Assembly (NCBI GenBank): GCA_000182565.2
Contig: KQ257460.1
Direction: 5' to 3' (one strand)
Origin: Spizellomyces punctatus DAOM BR117
Taxonomy: Eukaryota
Length of the DNA: 64,000 nt
The position numbers and the translations under genes are program-made. Shown here in pieces: positions 1 to 11,870 of this stretch. The first letter of the stretch is position 1, and every line of letters begins with the position of its first letter. The notes under the pieces were generated by a model. It was not told the DNA's origin. It did no database searches and saw only the letters and a program-made list of their open reading frames with translations.

Positions 1-1
1 A

Positions 2-3000
2 GGGGACACTCTCCCTCACATATCATTACAAATCCTTCTTGCAGAAGCGAAAGGGAATGTGGGGCAAGCCGTCAACCTCTACTTTGAAAGCCCAACCAAA
101 TACGATACCATGGCAGCTGGGGTGAAGCGAAAAGCAGAGTTGGAAACAGGGGAGACTGGGAATGGACTCGCCAAGCGTCGAAATAATGGTACGGTAGGGT
201 TTCCTCGATTTCTTGGGGAAACTATTTTGGTTGCGTATTCGACCCTCAAGGGGCCCAACCACCTACGTGACGGTGACGAGATGGATCTCTTGAATGGTAC
301 CAAGACGATTAGTGTTCCCAAACGCTCTGGGTTGGGAGCTAGGGGCCGGGGACGTGCAAAGAGGGCTTTTACAATCTCTAGCAAGAGTGACGTCCATGTT
401 GGGAGTGTGGGTCCTATTACAAGGTTAAGTGTCCGAGGAAAAGAGTTTGGAAAGATGCGGATGGAGGATGCGCGGTGGTTGGGGAGGTTGGTGGAACTGG
501 GGATTGTACAGGTGCAAGGAACAGTGAGTTTTTTTCTGTTATTTATCCACATGATTTTTCTTTTTTATAATGAAATCTCATACCCCAACTTTTTTCAGAT
601 CGTCTCATCCCCTCCAACGCTAACCCTCATGTGCGACATTATTCTCCAAATCCGAATCTATCTGACCCAGACAGCCTTTTCCCAAACACAACCCACAAAC
701 GATCAAGATGTCAAAGACCGTAAAGCCGCCTTGTTAGCCCTCTTTAAACACCTGGGCCTTCGTCCATCATCATCTGATAAACCCGTTGACGAGACCACCG
801 AAGGCGAGGAAGATGAGAAAGACTTGGAGGAGGATCAGGTGGAGGTGCTTTATGAGAAGGCGAGGGGATTTGAGAATGTCGAGGAAGTGGAGCCTGGACC
901 TGGGTTGAATATCGAATTACGGGGATACCAGAAGCAGGTTTGTAGACGGTTTTCTTGCCTTTATTGGTTCACGGGTGCTGAAGATATATGTGTAGGCGCT
1001 GTCTTGGATGATGGCCAAAGAAAATCTGACAACAGATGCTTCTGCGCATTCTATCCACCCGCTTTGGGAGGAATATACGTTTCCAAAAGTGGAAACAGGT
1101 ATAGACGGCGAGGAAAAGTTTTACTTTAACCCTTATACAGTGAGTGTTCTTGAGTGGTGGTCAATTCGGTGGGGTACGGTGGAGGTTGATGTATGGTGCA
1201 TTATAGGGAGAGTTGACTACAGAGTTTCCGAGCGCGGCGGATCGAACGCGGGGTGGGATTTTAGCAGACGAGAGTAAGAAGGATGAATCGTATTCAGTTT
1301 ATAAGAGTATCTCTGCTCACATCTTGTCTTCTCAGTGGGACTAGGCAAAACTCTCGAAACACTCTCCCTCATCCACACGAACCGGCCCAACTCACGAGAC
1401 TTGAACCTCGGACCCAGCCTGCACAAACTCTTTTCATCACCAGCCAGTACTACCCTCCCCAAATCTCCAAGCACACTCATCATCTGCCCCGTCTCCCTCC
1501 TCGCTCAATGGCGTGACGAAATCACAAACAAGTTTGCGCCAAGGGCCTTGACATGTGCAGTTTACTACGGTACGGATCGATTCCTTACAGTATCGGATCT
1601 CACGGACGCCAAGCGGGCGCCTGATGTGATTATCACGACATATGGTGTCGTCACGCGGGAATGGGGGGCAGGGAAAAAGAGTGGGTTGGTGTATGGGGTA
1701 GAGTGGTATCGAGTAGTGCTGGACGAGGCGCATTTTATAAAGAATCGGACGACGGGGATGGCGAGGAGTTGTTCTGAGGTTGAAGGGCGGAGGAGGTGGG
1801 CTGTTACGGTGAGTATTTTTTTTACAATGGGTTTAATATTCGTGAACTAATGTGTATAAATTCAGGGCACACCCATCCAAAACAAACTTGAGGACCTCTT
1901 TTCTCTCATCCACTTTCTTCGCATCGACCCATGGGCCAACATTTCGTATTGGCGTCAGTTCATTACCATCGCATTTGCAAACCAGGATTCCAAAGCCCTT
2001 AATGTGGTCCAATCAATTCTGGAACCTTTGGTCCTCCGCCGTCAAAAATCGACACCATGGGGTCCAGAAGGCAAACCTCTCGTCTCACTTCCTCCCAAAA
2101 CCGTCGAAACGGCCTATTTGGATTTCACTCAAGAAGAGCGAGATATCTATACTGCGCTCTGGAGTCGGAGCAAGACGCAATTTAGTGCGTTTGTGGCTTC
2201 TGGGACCGTTTTGAGTCATTGGGCGCATGTTTTCCAAATGTTGACGCGGTTACGACAGTGTTGTCTCCATCCTTCCTTGGCCATGAAAAACTCGAATGAG
2301 GAGCCAGAAGTGAGTGAATTGATTAAAAGGTTCCAAGACGGTGGAAATGGGGATGCGTATGTGACGAATGTGATTCAAAAATTGACGCAAACGGGATCGG
2401 ATGGACAAGATGATGATGATGATCAAAGTTGTCCGATTTGTTTTGATCTTATGATGCAGCCTACCTTGTTTCCTTGTCTTCATGTCAGTTGTTGGGACTG
2501 TATCGTTGGGTACCTTCAACGACGGGAACAAAATGGTGAAAAGGGCGAGTGTCCCATTTGTCGACAAGAGTTTCGGGAAGAGGATTTATTGGATATTGTA
2601 CGAGCGCCTACAACAGTATCAAAAACGACTCTTTTGAATGCGGAACACAATAAGGAGAATATAGAGTGTTCACCTCCATGTACACCACCACCCCCCATCC
2701 GTCTCCGCAAACATTTTCATTCATCGACAAAACTCTGTACCCTTATTAAAGACATTCAAGAGACTCGCGCCAAGGACGCAAGCATCAAAACCGTAGTATT
2801 TTCCCAATTCACTTCCATGCTTGATTTATGCGAAACGGTTTTAACGGATGCTGGGTTAGGTTTTGTTCGATTGGATGGGAGTCTTGTTCAACGGGATCGG
2901 GAAAGGGTTTTGAAAAGGTTTGATGAGGTTGAGGATGTTGGGGTGTTGTTGGCTTCGGTTCGGTCCGCGGGGGTGGGACTTAACCTTGTTCGAGCGAGCT

Positions 3001-3327
3001 TTGTGATTGTGTTGGAGCCTTGGTGGAATGTATGTTTTTCATTGTTGGGAGGTTTTTTTTGACGTTTTTTTGGAATTTTTTTTTTTGCTCACTAGTGTTA
3101 CTTTTTTGTTTTAGGCTCCTGTTGAACACCAAACGATTGATCGGGTCCATCGACTTGGGCAGACACGACCTGTTCATGTGAAGCGGTATATTATTCGCAA
3201 TACAGTTGAAGAGCAAATGTTGCGGATCCAGGAGAGAAAGAATGTGCTTTGTCGGGTGGCCATTGGGGGTAGGGATGAGGAGGAGAAGGGAAGGAGGGTG
3301 GATGAGTTGAAGGTGCTTTTTGGATAG
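2..3327 (+). CDS. RAD5: DNA repair helicase/E3 ligase Rad5 (HIRAN + SNF2 + RING), 5'-truncated by window edge, 6 introns in window
   Basis: Spliced model gives an N-terminal UBA-like segment (AKGNVGQAVNLYFE), a HIRAN-like region, GGILADE|MGLGKT (ATG split by intron), LIICPVSLLAQW, VVLDEAH, TGTPIQN, C3HC4 RING (CPICFD...CLHVSCWDC...CPICR), VVFSQF, GVGLNL and EPWWN|APVEHQTIDRVHRLGQ. TAG at 3325-3327. Confidence 0.93.
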
Positions 3328-3887
3328 ATTTTTTGGGATTTTTTGGTTGTTGGGGAGAATGGTCATCACATCATTATTTATTATTATTGGATTTCGCATG
3401 GGTTTTCCTGTTTGTGCTATTGTCCGAAACAAGGACCTTATGCAATACGTTCAAGATCTAGTGTGAGGTATGGCTTTTGTCGCGTGACCCTCTTGTCTAA
3501 AGCAGCTTCCTCTGTCGCTGCCCAGTAAGCGCAGAGCTCTACATTACGCAAACGGTCACAGCACTTTACGCTTGTGCACTCAACAGAATGTACCTCATGG
3601 GAGACATTAAGTACCCCAAGCGGACAAGAAAGATTTCGTTGCCAAATCAAACTATTTCATAAAAAAAAAAACAAAATCAAAAAATTGGTCTTCGTCAGCT
3701 ATAACATCCTAATTTATACTATAGTGCTTCAACGTTTGCACCCATTGCACACCACAACGGAGCTGACTGCTCCCTTCGGTCTCTTCCGTGTTAGACTTGC
3801 TGTCGGTCGATATCCTTTGCCTATACACGGAAACCCTCAAGTGTCTTGCCCTCCTCGGATCGCCGCAAACAGCGCTAAACTCGAGTG

Positions 3888-5188
3888 TTACTCTTTTTCC
3901 TGGCCGTTGCCAGCCGATTGTGTAGAGTTTTGCCCAGACGGTTGGTTTGAAAAGGTCTGCTGTTGCGGTTGGTGATGTTGCTGTTGTTGCTGCTGCTGCG
4001 TTGACCCGGATGGCTGTGGCTGTGTCTGGGACGACTGTTGGGATTGTTGTGATGGGTGGGGTTGGGGATGGTGTGATTGTGCATGATGTTGTTGGTGTTG
4101 TTGTTGCTGGTGTGATTGTTGCTGCTGCTGTGCTTGTGCTTGTGCCTGTTGTTGTTGCTGTTGTTGAAGTTGCTGCTGTTGCTGCGCAGCGGTACCGACC
4201 ATGCCGCCGTACCCTTGCGGATTTCCGGAAAGTTGTGGGTAAGAGTACACATATGGGCCAATGGGTCCACCACTGTTGCCGACTCCAGAACCCATGGGAA
4301 CAGCATAACCAGCTGGGTAGCCTTGCAATGCGCCCACATTCGATTGCATGGCGTACTGTTGAAGGTTGGCGGCATTGGCCACTTGGGCCTGCTTGTCCTG
4401 ATACATTTCCGCCGACTCGCCATTTTGCTGTGGGACTTCATAGGCACCTTGAAGGCGGTTGCCGGAGCCATCAGGCATGGGCGAGTACGGGTGAGGTGCA
4501 TAGGATGGGGCGTAGACAACCTGTTGCTGTTGCTGCTGCTGCTGCTGCTGAGCATTTGGGTCAGGAGCGTTGAGACACGCTTGAATCAAGTTTTTCCCTT
4601 CAGGTTTTGTAATGAGCGGTTGCAGCTTTGGGGTCGCAAAAGTGTAAACGTGACCGGTTTCCGAGGCTACCAAGAGCAGCACCTGCGTGCCCGTGAGCGT
4701 GGACAGCTCATACGCCTAAGGGATGAACATTAAGAGTCTAGGAAGAGTATGTCTATCAAGATTCACGCGTTGAGGCCTTTGTATATATACCTTTTTCATG
4801 ATACCAGCCTTGCGTTTGCTAAATGTAATGTGTCTGCGGGACTTGTCGTCAATGTATTCAATCTTGATCTTGCGACGCCCCGACTTTTTCCCAGGCTTTC
4901 CGTCCTCATCCGAGCCATCGTCGTCGTTATTATCCTCTGGGTCCTCTGACAAGGAGGCCGCCGAGGCACCGCGTTTCAGCGGATTCTGTAGAGAGCCTGA
5001 CGTGGAATGCCCATGAGCAACACGCTGCAAACAAACGTACTGGACATGGGACGAGTACCTGAAAGATCGGGTTGGCGGTGCAATTGAGCGTGTGCCTGTG
5101 ATGGGTCCTGTTGCTGTTGCGCTTGCAAATGTTGGTGCGCAAGGTCGGGATGCACTTGACTTTCATACGTGGGACCGATGCTGCTCAT
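3888..5188 (-). CDS. MCM1: SRF-type MADS-box transcription factor with polyQ C-terminus, 2 introns
   Basis: GRRKIKIEYIDDKSRRHITFSKRKAGIMKK|AYELSTLTGTQVLLLVASETGHVYTFATPKLQP, followed by LIQACLN and Q/H-rich tracts. ATG at 5188 (MSSIGPTY). Confidence 0.93.
4060..4185 (-). repeat. CAG/CAA polyglutamine coding repeat in MCM1
   Basis: Tandem tgc/tgt triplets on the + strand encode QQQQQLQQQQQQQAQAQAQQQQQ. Confidence 0.9.
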
Positions 5189-5726
5189 GCTTGTACCAGA
5201 GTTCTCGTGTACTATACAACTCGCTTTGGATTTCCCAGTTAGTCTACGTTTCGACAACGCATCCGGTTATCGCAGCCACTTACTGTGTGTGTTTTACTCG
5301 CTAAAACGCGTAGAGACAAGAAAAAAAAAACTGCTATCGTTGCTGATGCATGCCCATCGACAATGACAAATGATGATGAACAAGTAAAGTGCGTGTGGGA
5401 AAACACCAACGTGGGAATAAACGAATGTGTGTGAGTATCTAATGTGTCTGGTGGGAAAATAAAAAAGGTATTTTGTATATGCCCATAATAGTAGGCGCCT
5501 ATTACCTTTTCTGGTCCTAAAGTTCAAAAGAAGCGATAGTGAGAGAAAGGGAGAGAGAGAGAGACGAGTGTGGGAAAGAGAGCGAGAGAGAGAGAGAAAT
5601 GGGCAAAAAAAGAGATTTGATTTATCCTTCTTGAGACAAGGAGGCGTTTCAGAACAGGACAAGAGGCAAAGTGACTTTCAACGAAAGAGAGCGCAACAGA
5701 TGAGATAAAAATGGACAAATGACCAA

Positions 5727-5742
5727 TTGCCTAAAAGGGAAA
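5727..5742. promoter_or_regulatory. Mcm1/ECB (CArG-like) site upstream of MCM1
   Basis: Reverse complement TTTCCCTTTTAGGCAA matches the yeast ECB consensus TTWCCCNWWWRGGAAA at 15 of 16 positions. Confidence 0.45.
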
Positions 5743-6402
5743 TACGCAATGTTGCCTCCTTTAGGGAATCCGAATGAGGGTCCAGGCGATCACAAGGAAC
5801 ACAACTGATTGGATGGGGCTGAGCCCTTTTGCCTTTTTCAGGAAAAAAGCAAAGGTGCAGCCACCTCTTGAATTGATTGGCTGGCAATGTGTCCACGTGC
5901 GTACATGTGAGCCGCCCCAGGCTCTCTCCCAGACGGGCTCCCAAATGGACTCTCCCCCACACTCGGTTATTGAGGGAAACCCCCTAATATAAAATCCCTT
6001 ATAATTACAAGCGCCGTAGTTACAATGCATAATGTGTATGTGTGGGCTGTGCGTTCTACATTGACATACTTGTTACAAGAATCATCAATGTCACAAGAAT
6101 ATATGCCTATTCTATAAAGAACATTGCAAACTGCTCCGTGTTGCCTGTTGAACATGTCTAACTGCAGTTCAAATGCAAGTATGGGGAGTGGCTCCCTCTC
6201 TTTTTAGTTGAGCAAAAGTTGGCCGCTCCCCAATACAAATAACAAATGGCCGTTAACCCTCATTAAACCCCTTGTTTGAGTGTCATGAAGAGACGCGCCT
6301 CCGTGCGGATCGTTTCATTTAAATGACTGGAGAGCAGAAATCCCTCTACTTGTGAGAGCTATAAGGAATCTATTAGTTGAACAACCATCGACATGTACTT
6401 GG

Positions 6403-6426
6403 AAGAGAGAGAGAGAGAGAGAGAGA
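6403..6426. repeat. (GA)n microsatellite; further GA/CT tracts at about 5540-5597 and 6548-6568
   Basis: Read directly: agagagagagagagagagagagag. Confidence 0.9.
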
Positions 6427-6613
6427 ATCTTTTGTGTGTTTCATACATGAGAGATTATTACAAGGGAAGAAAAGAGAAATCATTTATATAAAGGGGGGAT
6501 TAGAGAGAGAGTTTCCCGCTTTTCTCCATTTACTATTTTACATAGGCATCTCTCTCTCTCTCTCTCTCACACTTGCTTGCTTGCTAGCAACTCTACACAC
6601 ACACACTACATTT

Positions 6614-7880
6614 ATGAAAACGATGAAGGCTCCAGCTTTCATTGCTGCTGCTGCATTGGCAGTAGCCGCTCCTCTCGCTTCGGCTCAAATCACACATGAA
6701 GTCACCGTCGCTGCAGGCAAACAGCAAGTCTACCAACCAAATTCATTGGTAAATGGTTTTAAATACACACACGCAGTCGAATAAACTCTAATCCTACTCT
6801 TGTTTATAGCAAATTGCTGTAGGAGACACTGTCAAATTCACTTGGGCCGGTGGTCCACACACGGTTACTCAGATGGGAAACAATGGAGACGCTTGCTCAC
6901 CTCTTGTCGGCGGTGTCGACTCTGGAAAACTCAACGTAACGGGTACTTTTGCTCTCAGATTCAACACGCCCGGAGGTCGTCTCTTTGGTTGCACCGTCGG
7001 ACAGCACTGCGCAAACGGAATGAAAATGAACATTGATGTCCTCCAGGCCGGTGCCTCTCCATCTGCTCCTCCCCCAACACAAACAGGTGCTCCCGCTCCC
7101 GGTGCCTCCGATACTCCCGTCGTCATCAAGGTCGGTGCAAACGGTCTCACATTTGAACCAAAGGAAGTCAACGTTGCCCCCGGTACTTGGGTAAAATGGG
7201 AGTTTGCAGCTGCTACCCACAATGTCAAGCAAGTCGCCGACCCCAACTCGTGTGATCCCATGGCCGGAGGTTTTGCCTCTGCCAACTTGAACGCTGGCGC
7301 TTCATTCATGCAACAATTCACCCAACCCGGTCCCAACTACTACGTCTGCACCTTCAACCAGCATTGCTCAAAGGGAATGAAGGGCACAGTCAACGTACAA
7401 GGAGCAGGAGGAACACCCACGCAAGGCGGAAACAATCCCACTGGATCCACAAGCGGAGCAGCAACGACTCACACCATCACTGTCGGACAGGGCGGCCAAA
7501 AGTTCACTCCCGAAACGCTTAGCATCGCCAAGGGCGACACCGTCATGTGGATGTGGGCCGGTGGTCCCCACAACGTCAAGCAAACCGCCGACAAGGACAG
7601 TTGCACTCCTATGGACGGAGGATTCCAATCCACCAACCTCCAAACCGGCGGCATGTTCTCTCGCACATTTGGTGCCAACGAGACAACCGACAGGATATGG
7701 TACGTTTGTACTGTCGGCAACCACTGCCAGAACGGCATGAAGGGTCTCATCACCCTTGATGGTACTCCCGGCGGCGGTGCTCCCGCGACGCAGGCGTCAG
7801 CGGCACAACCAGGCTCAAGGGCGCGTTTGGCGTTTGGTGGTGTCGCAGCTGGTGTGGCTGCTGCTGCTTTTGTTCTCTAG
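6614..7880 (+). CDS. Secreted, probably GPI-anchored protein with three cupredoxin (type-1 Cu) domains, 1 intron
   Basis: Signal peptide MKTMKAPAFIAAAALAVAAPLASA. Intron 6749-6809 joins QPNSL|QIAVGDTVKFTWAGGPHTV. Three repeats carry H...C-x4-HC-x3-M (CTVGQHCANGM, CTFNQHCSKGM, CTVGNHCQNGM), with P/T/G linkers and a hydrophobic C-terminus. Confidence 0.88.
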
Positions 7881-8350
7881 AACAGAATCTAGCATTTTAA
7901 TCCGTAGCATATATAGTGTGTGCAGTATTGTGTAGCATGTGTTTCCTCAACTCTTGTCTTACCCCTTTTGTTTGTGTTTAAAGCATTTTTTGATTAGCAA
8001 TGTACTCCTTGGTGTCTAACGTTGGCTGGATTCGTGCTGGGCACTCTTCCAGATGCGGGAGGGGGCGGTTGTTGAGAAAAAAAGAAGAGGAAAAGTTTGG
8101 GAAAAAACATTTTAAACTGCACACTCTTTTGAGGGTTCCTGTGTTTGTTGTGTGTTTTTTTCTTGGCTTGTCGTTCTTTTATCTCTGTCTCGGCATGTAA
8201 ATATAGAAGCGTTGACAAAAAAGTAATTTCATTTCCATTTCAACTTTTGAACCGTTTATTGCTCGAAAGCATATATGAACGATGGCAAGAATCGACTAGC
8301 CGCGCCCCATCATCGCATGTATCCATCACTCTTGTCAGTCACCCAGTTTC

Positions 8351-8933
8351 TCATCCCGTCAAATCCGCCGTCCCATCCGGTTCCTCCACATAGACAATCT
8401 CATCCTGATCCATCCCCTTGACCCATTCCTGCTGCTCATTTTCACCCCGCGAGCGTGCAACAATATTTTCTGGATCTGTATCTGCCACATCCAACAAGTT
8501 ATCTCTTTATTCACTAGCAAATTCCACCAAATAACATAAAACCACAACATACCAGGCGTCGTATCCTCCTTGCCCAACACTGGAAGATCACTCGGTTTCG
8601 GATCCGGAAGGTGATGAAGATGGTTCCCAGATACCCACGTCCTAAAAAAAATCACACATTAAAAAAGACCCATCCAATAACCTTGTACAATTCCATTTAC
8701 CAATTATGTCCATCCCATTTCTTTGCAGCCTCATTCTCCTCCTTTGGATCCTCACCATCCCGAAATGGGTCCCTCAACACATTATCGTCACCACATGCTG
8801 TCGACGTATTCTCGTCCTCGTTTACAATACCCGTGCCTGGTGGGAGAGGGACATGCGTAGCCTGGCATAAATGAGTTTTGGCATGTGGATCGGATATAGG
8901 AATGATATTCCCGTGTGGTTTATGAACAGACAT
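8351..8933 (-). CDS. Hypothetical acidic protein, 148 aa, 3 exons (8933-8701, 8641-8553, 8475-8351)
   Basis: Phase-compatible GT-AG introns give an open frame MSVHKPHG...KKWDGHNWTWVSGNHLHHLPDP...EEPDGTADLTG*. Confidence 0.6.
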
Positions 8934-9128
8934 GGTTTTTTCTCAAAAAGTTATCCCAAAAGGCAATTCAACAACTTTTTAAAACTGGTCTTATACGAAC
9001 ACGACGAGTCATCCACCTTACGTCACAACCCACCCTCCACCATTCCATTCCATTCCAACCACACTCTACAGTACACCCAACCCTCATCCCATAATCCCAC
9101 CAAAAACACGAAACTTGCCAACTCTCAA

Positions 9129-9487
9129 ATGACAAACGACCCAACGCTCCTCTCGGACCTTTCCACCCTCCTCACCACCCTCAAAGACATTGACCTGCAT
9201 TCCAATGACGTGTCATGTCTTGATGGGCTTGATATAGCGGGGTTGGGACGACAAATGGTAAAAACTATTTAATACGGCGTCGTTTTTTTGGTATTGGATT
9301 CTGAAATTTTGGGACTTAGGATTCCGCGAATGCTGTTTTGGACCAATTAGAATCCCGAACCGATGCATTGATGCAAAAGATTGATGCATTGCTGGAAGAA
9401 GGACAAGAAAATCAAGAGGATGGAAAAACAATGGACTCGGAGGTATCAAAAGAAGAAACAATAGAACCTGGCAAGCCAAGCACATAA
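9129..9487 (+). CDS. Small coiled-coil protein, bublin/UPF0184 (C9orf16)-like, 98 aa, 2 exons (9129-9257, 9320-9487)
   Basis: Spliced: ...IAGLGRQM|DSANAVLDQLESRTDALMQKIDALLEE..., with heptad spacing resembling the UPF0184 core LDxLExxxDxLxxxLxxLLE. Confidence 0.6.
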
Positions 9488-9862
9488 GTTTGGGCTTGGC
9501 GTTTCTTGTTTTTCAATATGGGATTTGTTTTTTTTTTTTTTGACCAAGATACATGTCCATATACGACTATTATGATTGCAATTGAATGATATATTATAGT
9601 ATAATTTGCATATCAAGACATCAAGAGGCTACATACAAAAAATGTAAACAGCAAAACTACCACCAGACAAAGGGAAATCCAATACACGAGGAAAAAATGT
9701 GTGTGAGGGGTAGGGGAGGGCAAAAAAACACAAGGCTATGTAAGAAAAACACACAAACCGGCAATAAAGAAAAACTAATACACGTATTGTTTTTTCTTTT
9801 TCCCAACTTTTGATTTCAAGTACTAGTAATTGTTTCAGCGTCCGTTTGTTCATATTCGCACT

Positions 9863-11549
9863 TTAATCCAATTCTAAGCGTGGACGGGGCTTGGCCGCCG
9901 CCATTTCCATATCCTTTCGTGTAATCACTATATATAAAAGATATCAGCATCCATGATGATAAAACTGACAAGAACCTAGGACGATTACATACCAACATCA
10001 CCTAACCCTTTGTCAAAGTCCGTGAGACACCATACGGCGTTCGCGATTGTCAGCAAGTTGAGGACAAGCTGAATACTCGCTAAAATACGAAAAAAAAAAA
10101 CGTAAACCACAATGCCCACGTTAAAACAAAGGCACTCTTACATACCAAACGACAGTAACCACTTGCGGGTAGCTTGTGTCTCCTCATTTTGACTAAAAAA
10201 TCCAATAACGTATACAAGTGCTCCGATATTGGCAAGATACACTCCCAAAAAAGTGTACATGGCTCCCCGATGCGTCCGGCGTATCGCAAACCATCCAAGA
10301 GCATAGTACGTAAGAGCCGCTACACCAAAGATGACCATAGAGGGCAAAACAATGTACTTGACGCGTTCACTGCGCCGGAAACAGTCGACAGTGTCTCGTT
10401 GACAGTCGGGGGCGCTACTTTTTTGGAAATAAATGGTCGCGGTTACGACTTGGGCTACGATCCCGATGGAAAAGTACACATTCAGCTTGAGAAAGAGGAT
10501 GAACAAGTGTACACGACGTAACATTTCTGTACCACGGATACGTTAGATGTCACTTATGAATGCCCCATCAGTAACAGGTTACTTACGTTTCTTTTGAATA
10601 CTCGCGCCCTGCGCTTGGAAAATCCGCCAACCATACTCTTGGTACACCTTGTACGCAACAAAACACGACAACACAACCACAATCACCATCAAGGCAATAA
10701 TGGCGTACGTGACCGAATCCACTGGTTTCAGAGCATCCAGCGCATTCTGAACATGCTGCACTTGGTCCCGCATATCATAAACAATCGGAACTTCAATCGG
10801 CTCTTTCTGTGCATCACTCCACACTTGTGTCGTGTTGGATGACTTTGGGTTCAGTCCGTACGGACGTGCTCTGCATTCCGAGTTCTCTGGGACGTAGGTT
10901 GAGTAGTAGATTCGTGTTGCATCTTCCGGGCCTGATGCTCTCGCATAGTCGTTCCAGTATTTGATCCATTGCTCCGAACACCGGCGCAGGTCATTGATTT
11001 GGTTAATCTCTGCAAAAATGGGGTATCAGAACCTAGGGACGTTCATCATTCAAACTAATGTCCAAAAACATACGGATGACGGAATATCCCAGTGAAGCAA
11101 TATTGAAAACGACCACGGCGATCGTTTGCATTGTGTTTTTGTGTATTGTCTACAGTCCAAGTGGATAAGTCACGGTCGCACCCAAACGAGAACAATTTGC
11201 AGTGGCATGTACTCACCGCTTCATAGGTTAGCACAGCTTGAAAGACCAACGCAACAATAAAGAGCGCAAAGTACACATTGACAATAGGCAATGACAACTT
11301 TTCCGTAAAAGCATCATCCAAAAAGTCATTGACTTTGGCAATCACATAAAACTCCAAACACGAAATGATGATCCCCTGCAACACGGACAATGTCACTGCA
11401 ACTTGAGCCCATGTCACAGAGTCCCATTTTTGTAGTAGTTTACTCGTTGTGCGTTGTGAAGGTGCAATGGAGGGATTCGAGTAGGTTGCTGCTGCTGACG
11501 GAGGGGAACCGTAGAGGGTCGTCTTTGGAGGCAGAGGTGGGGAGGTCAT
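9863..11549 (-). CDS. Multi-pass membrane protein, UPF0658 family-like, about 5 introns
   Basis: Several TM segments, the motif KVYQEYGWRIFQAQGASIQKKR...FILFLKLNVYF, CLTDFDKGL, and the C-terminus RPRLELD*. Confidence 0.75.
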
Positions 11550-11870
11550 TGCGCTTTTGTATGCGCCTTACACCTTCCCTAGCCGGGATAAGGTCACGTC
11601 GTTGGGAAAAACGAAATGGGACGTTTGTGAAGGAAATTTACAAGAAAGAATTTTGTTTAAAATGTGTGTGTTTGTTTGTGGGCAAACCCATCCGTTTAAA
11701 CCCAACGGGCGGAACCCTTTGAACGTTTCAGCCCTTTTGATTTTGTGGTTTTTTGAGGGAATGGCCGCACGGCCAGGGCAACTAAGCATGGATCCAATCA
11801 CGTGATAGACGCGCAGAGCGCGGATGCTGTAATAGCGGGGACTTGCAACGTGTTGACAGCTATTTGCAAG

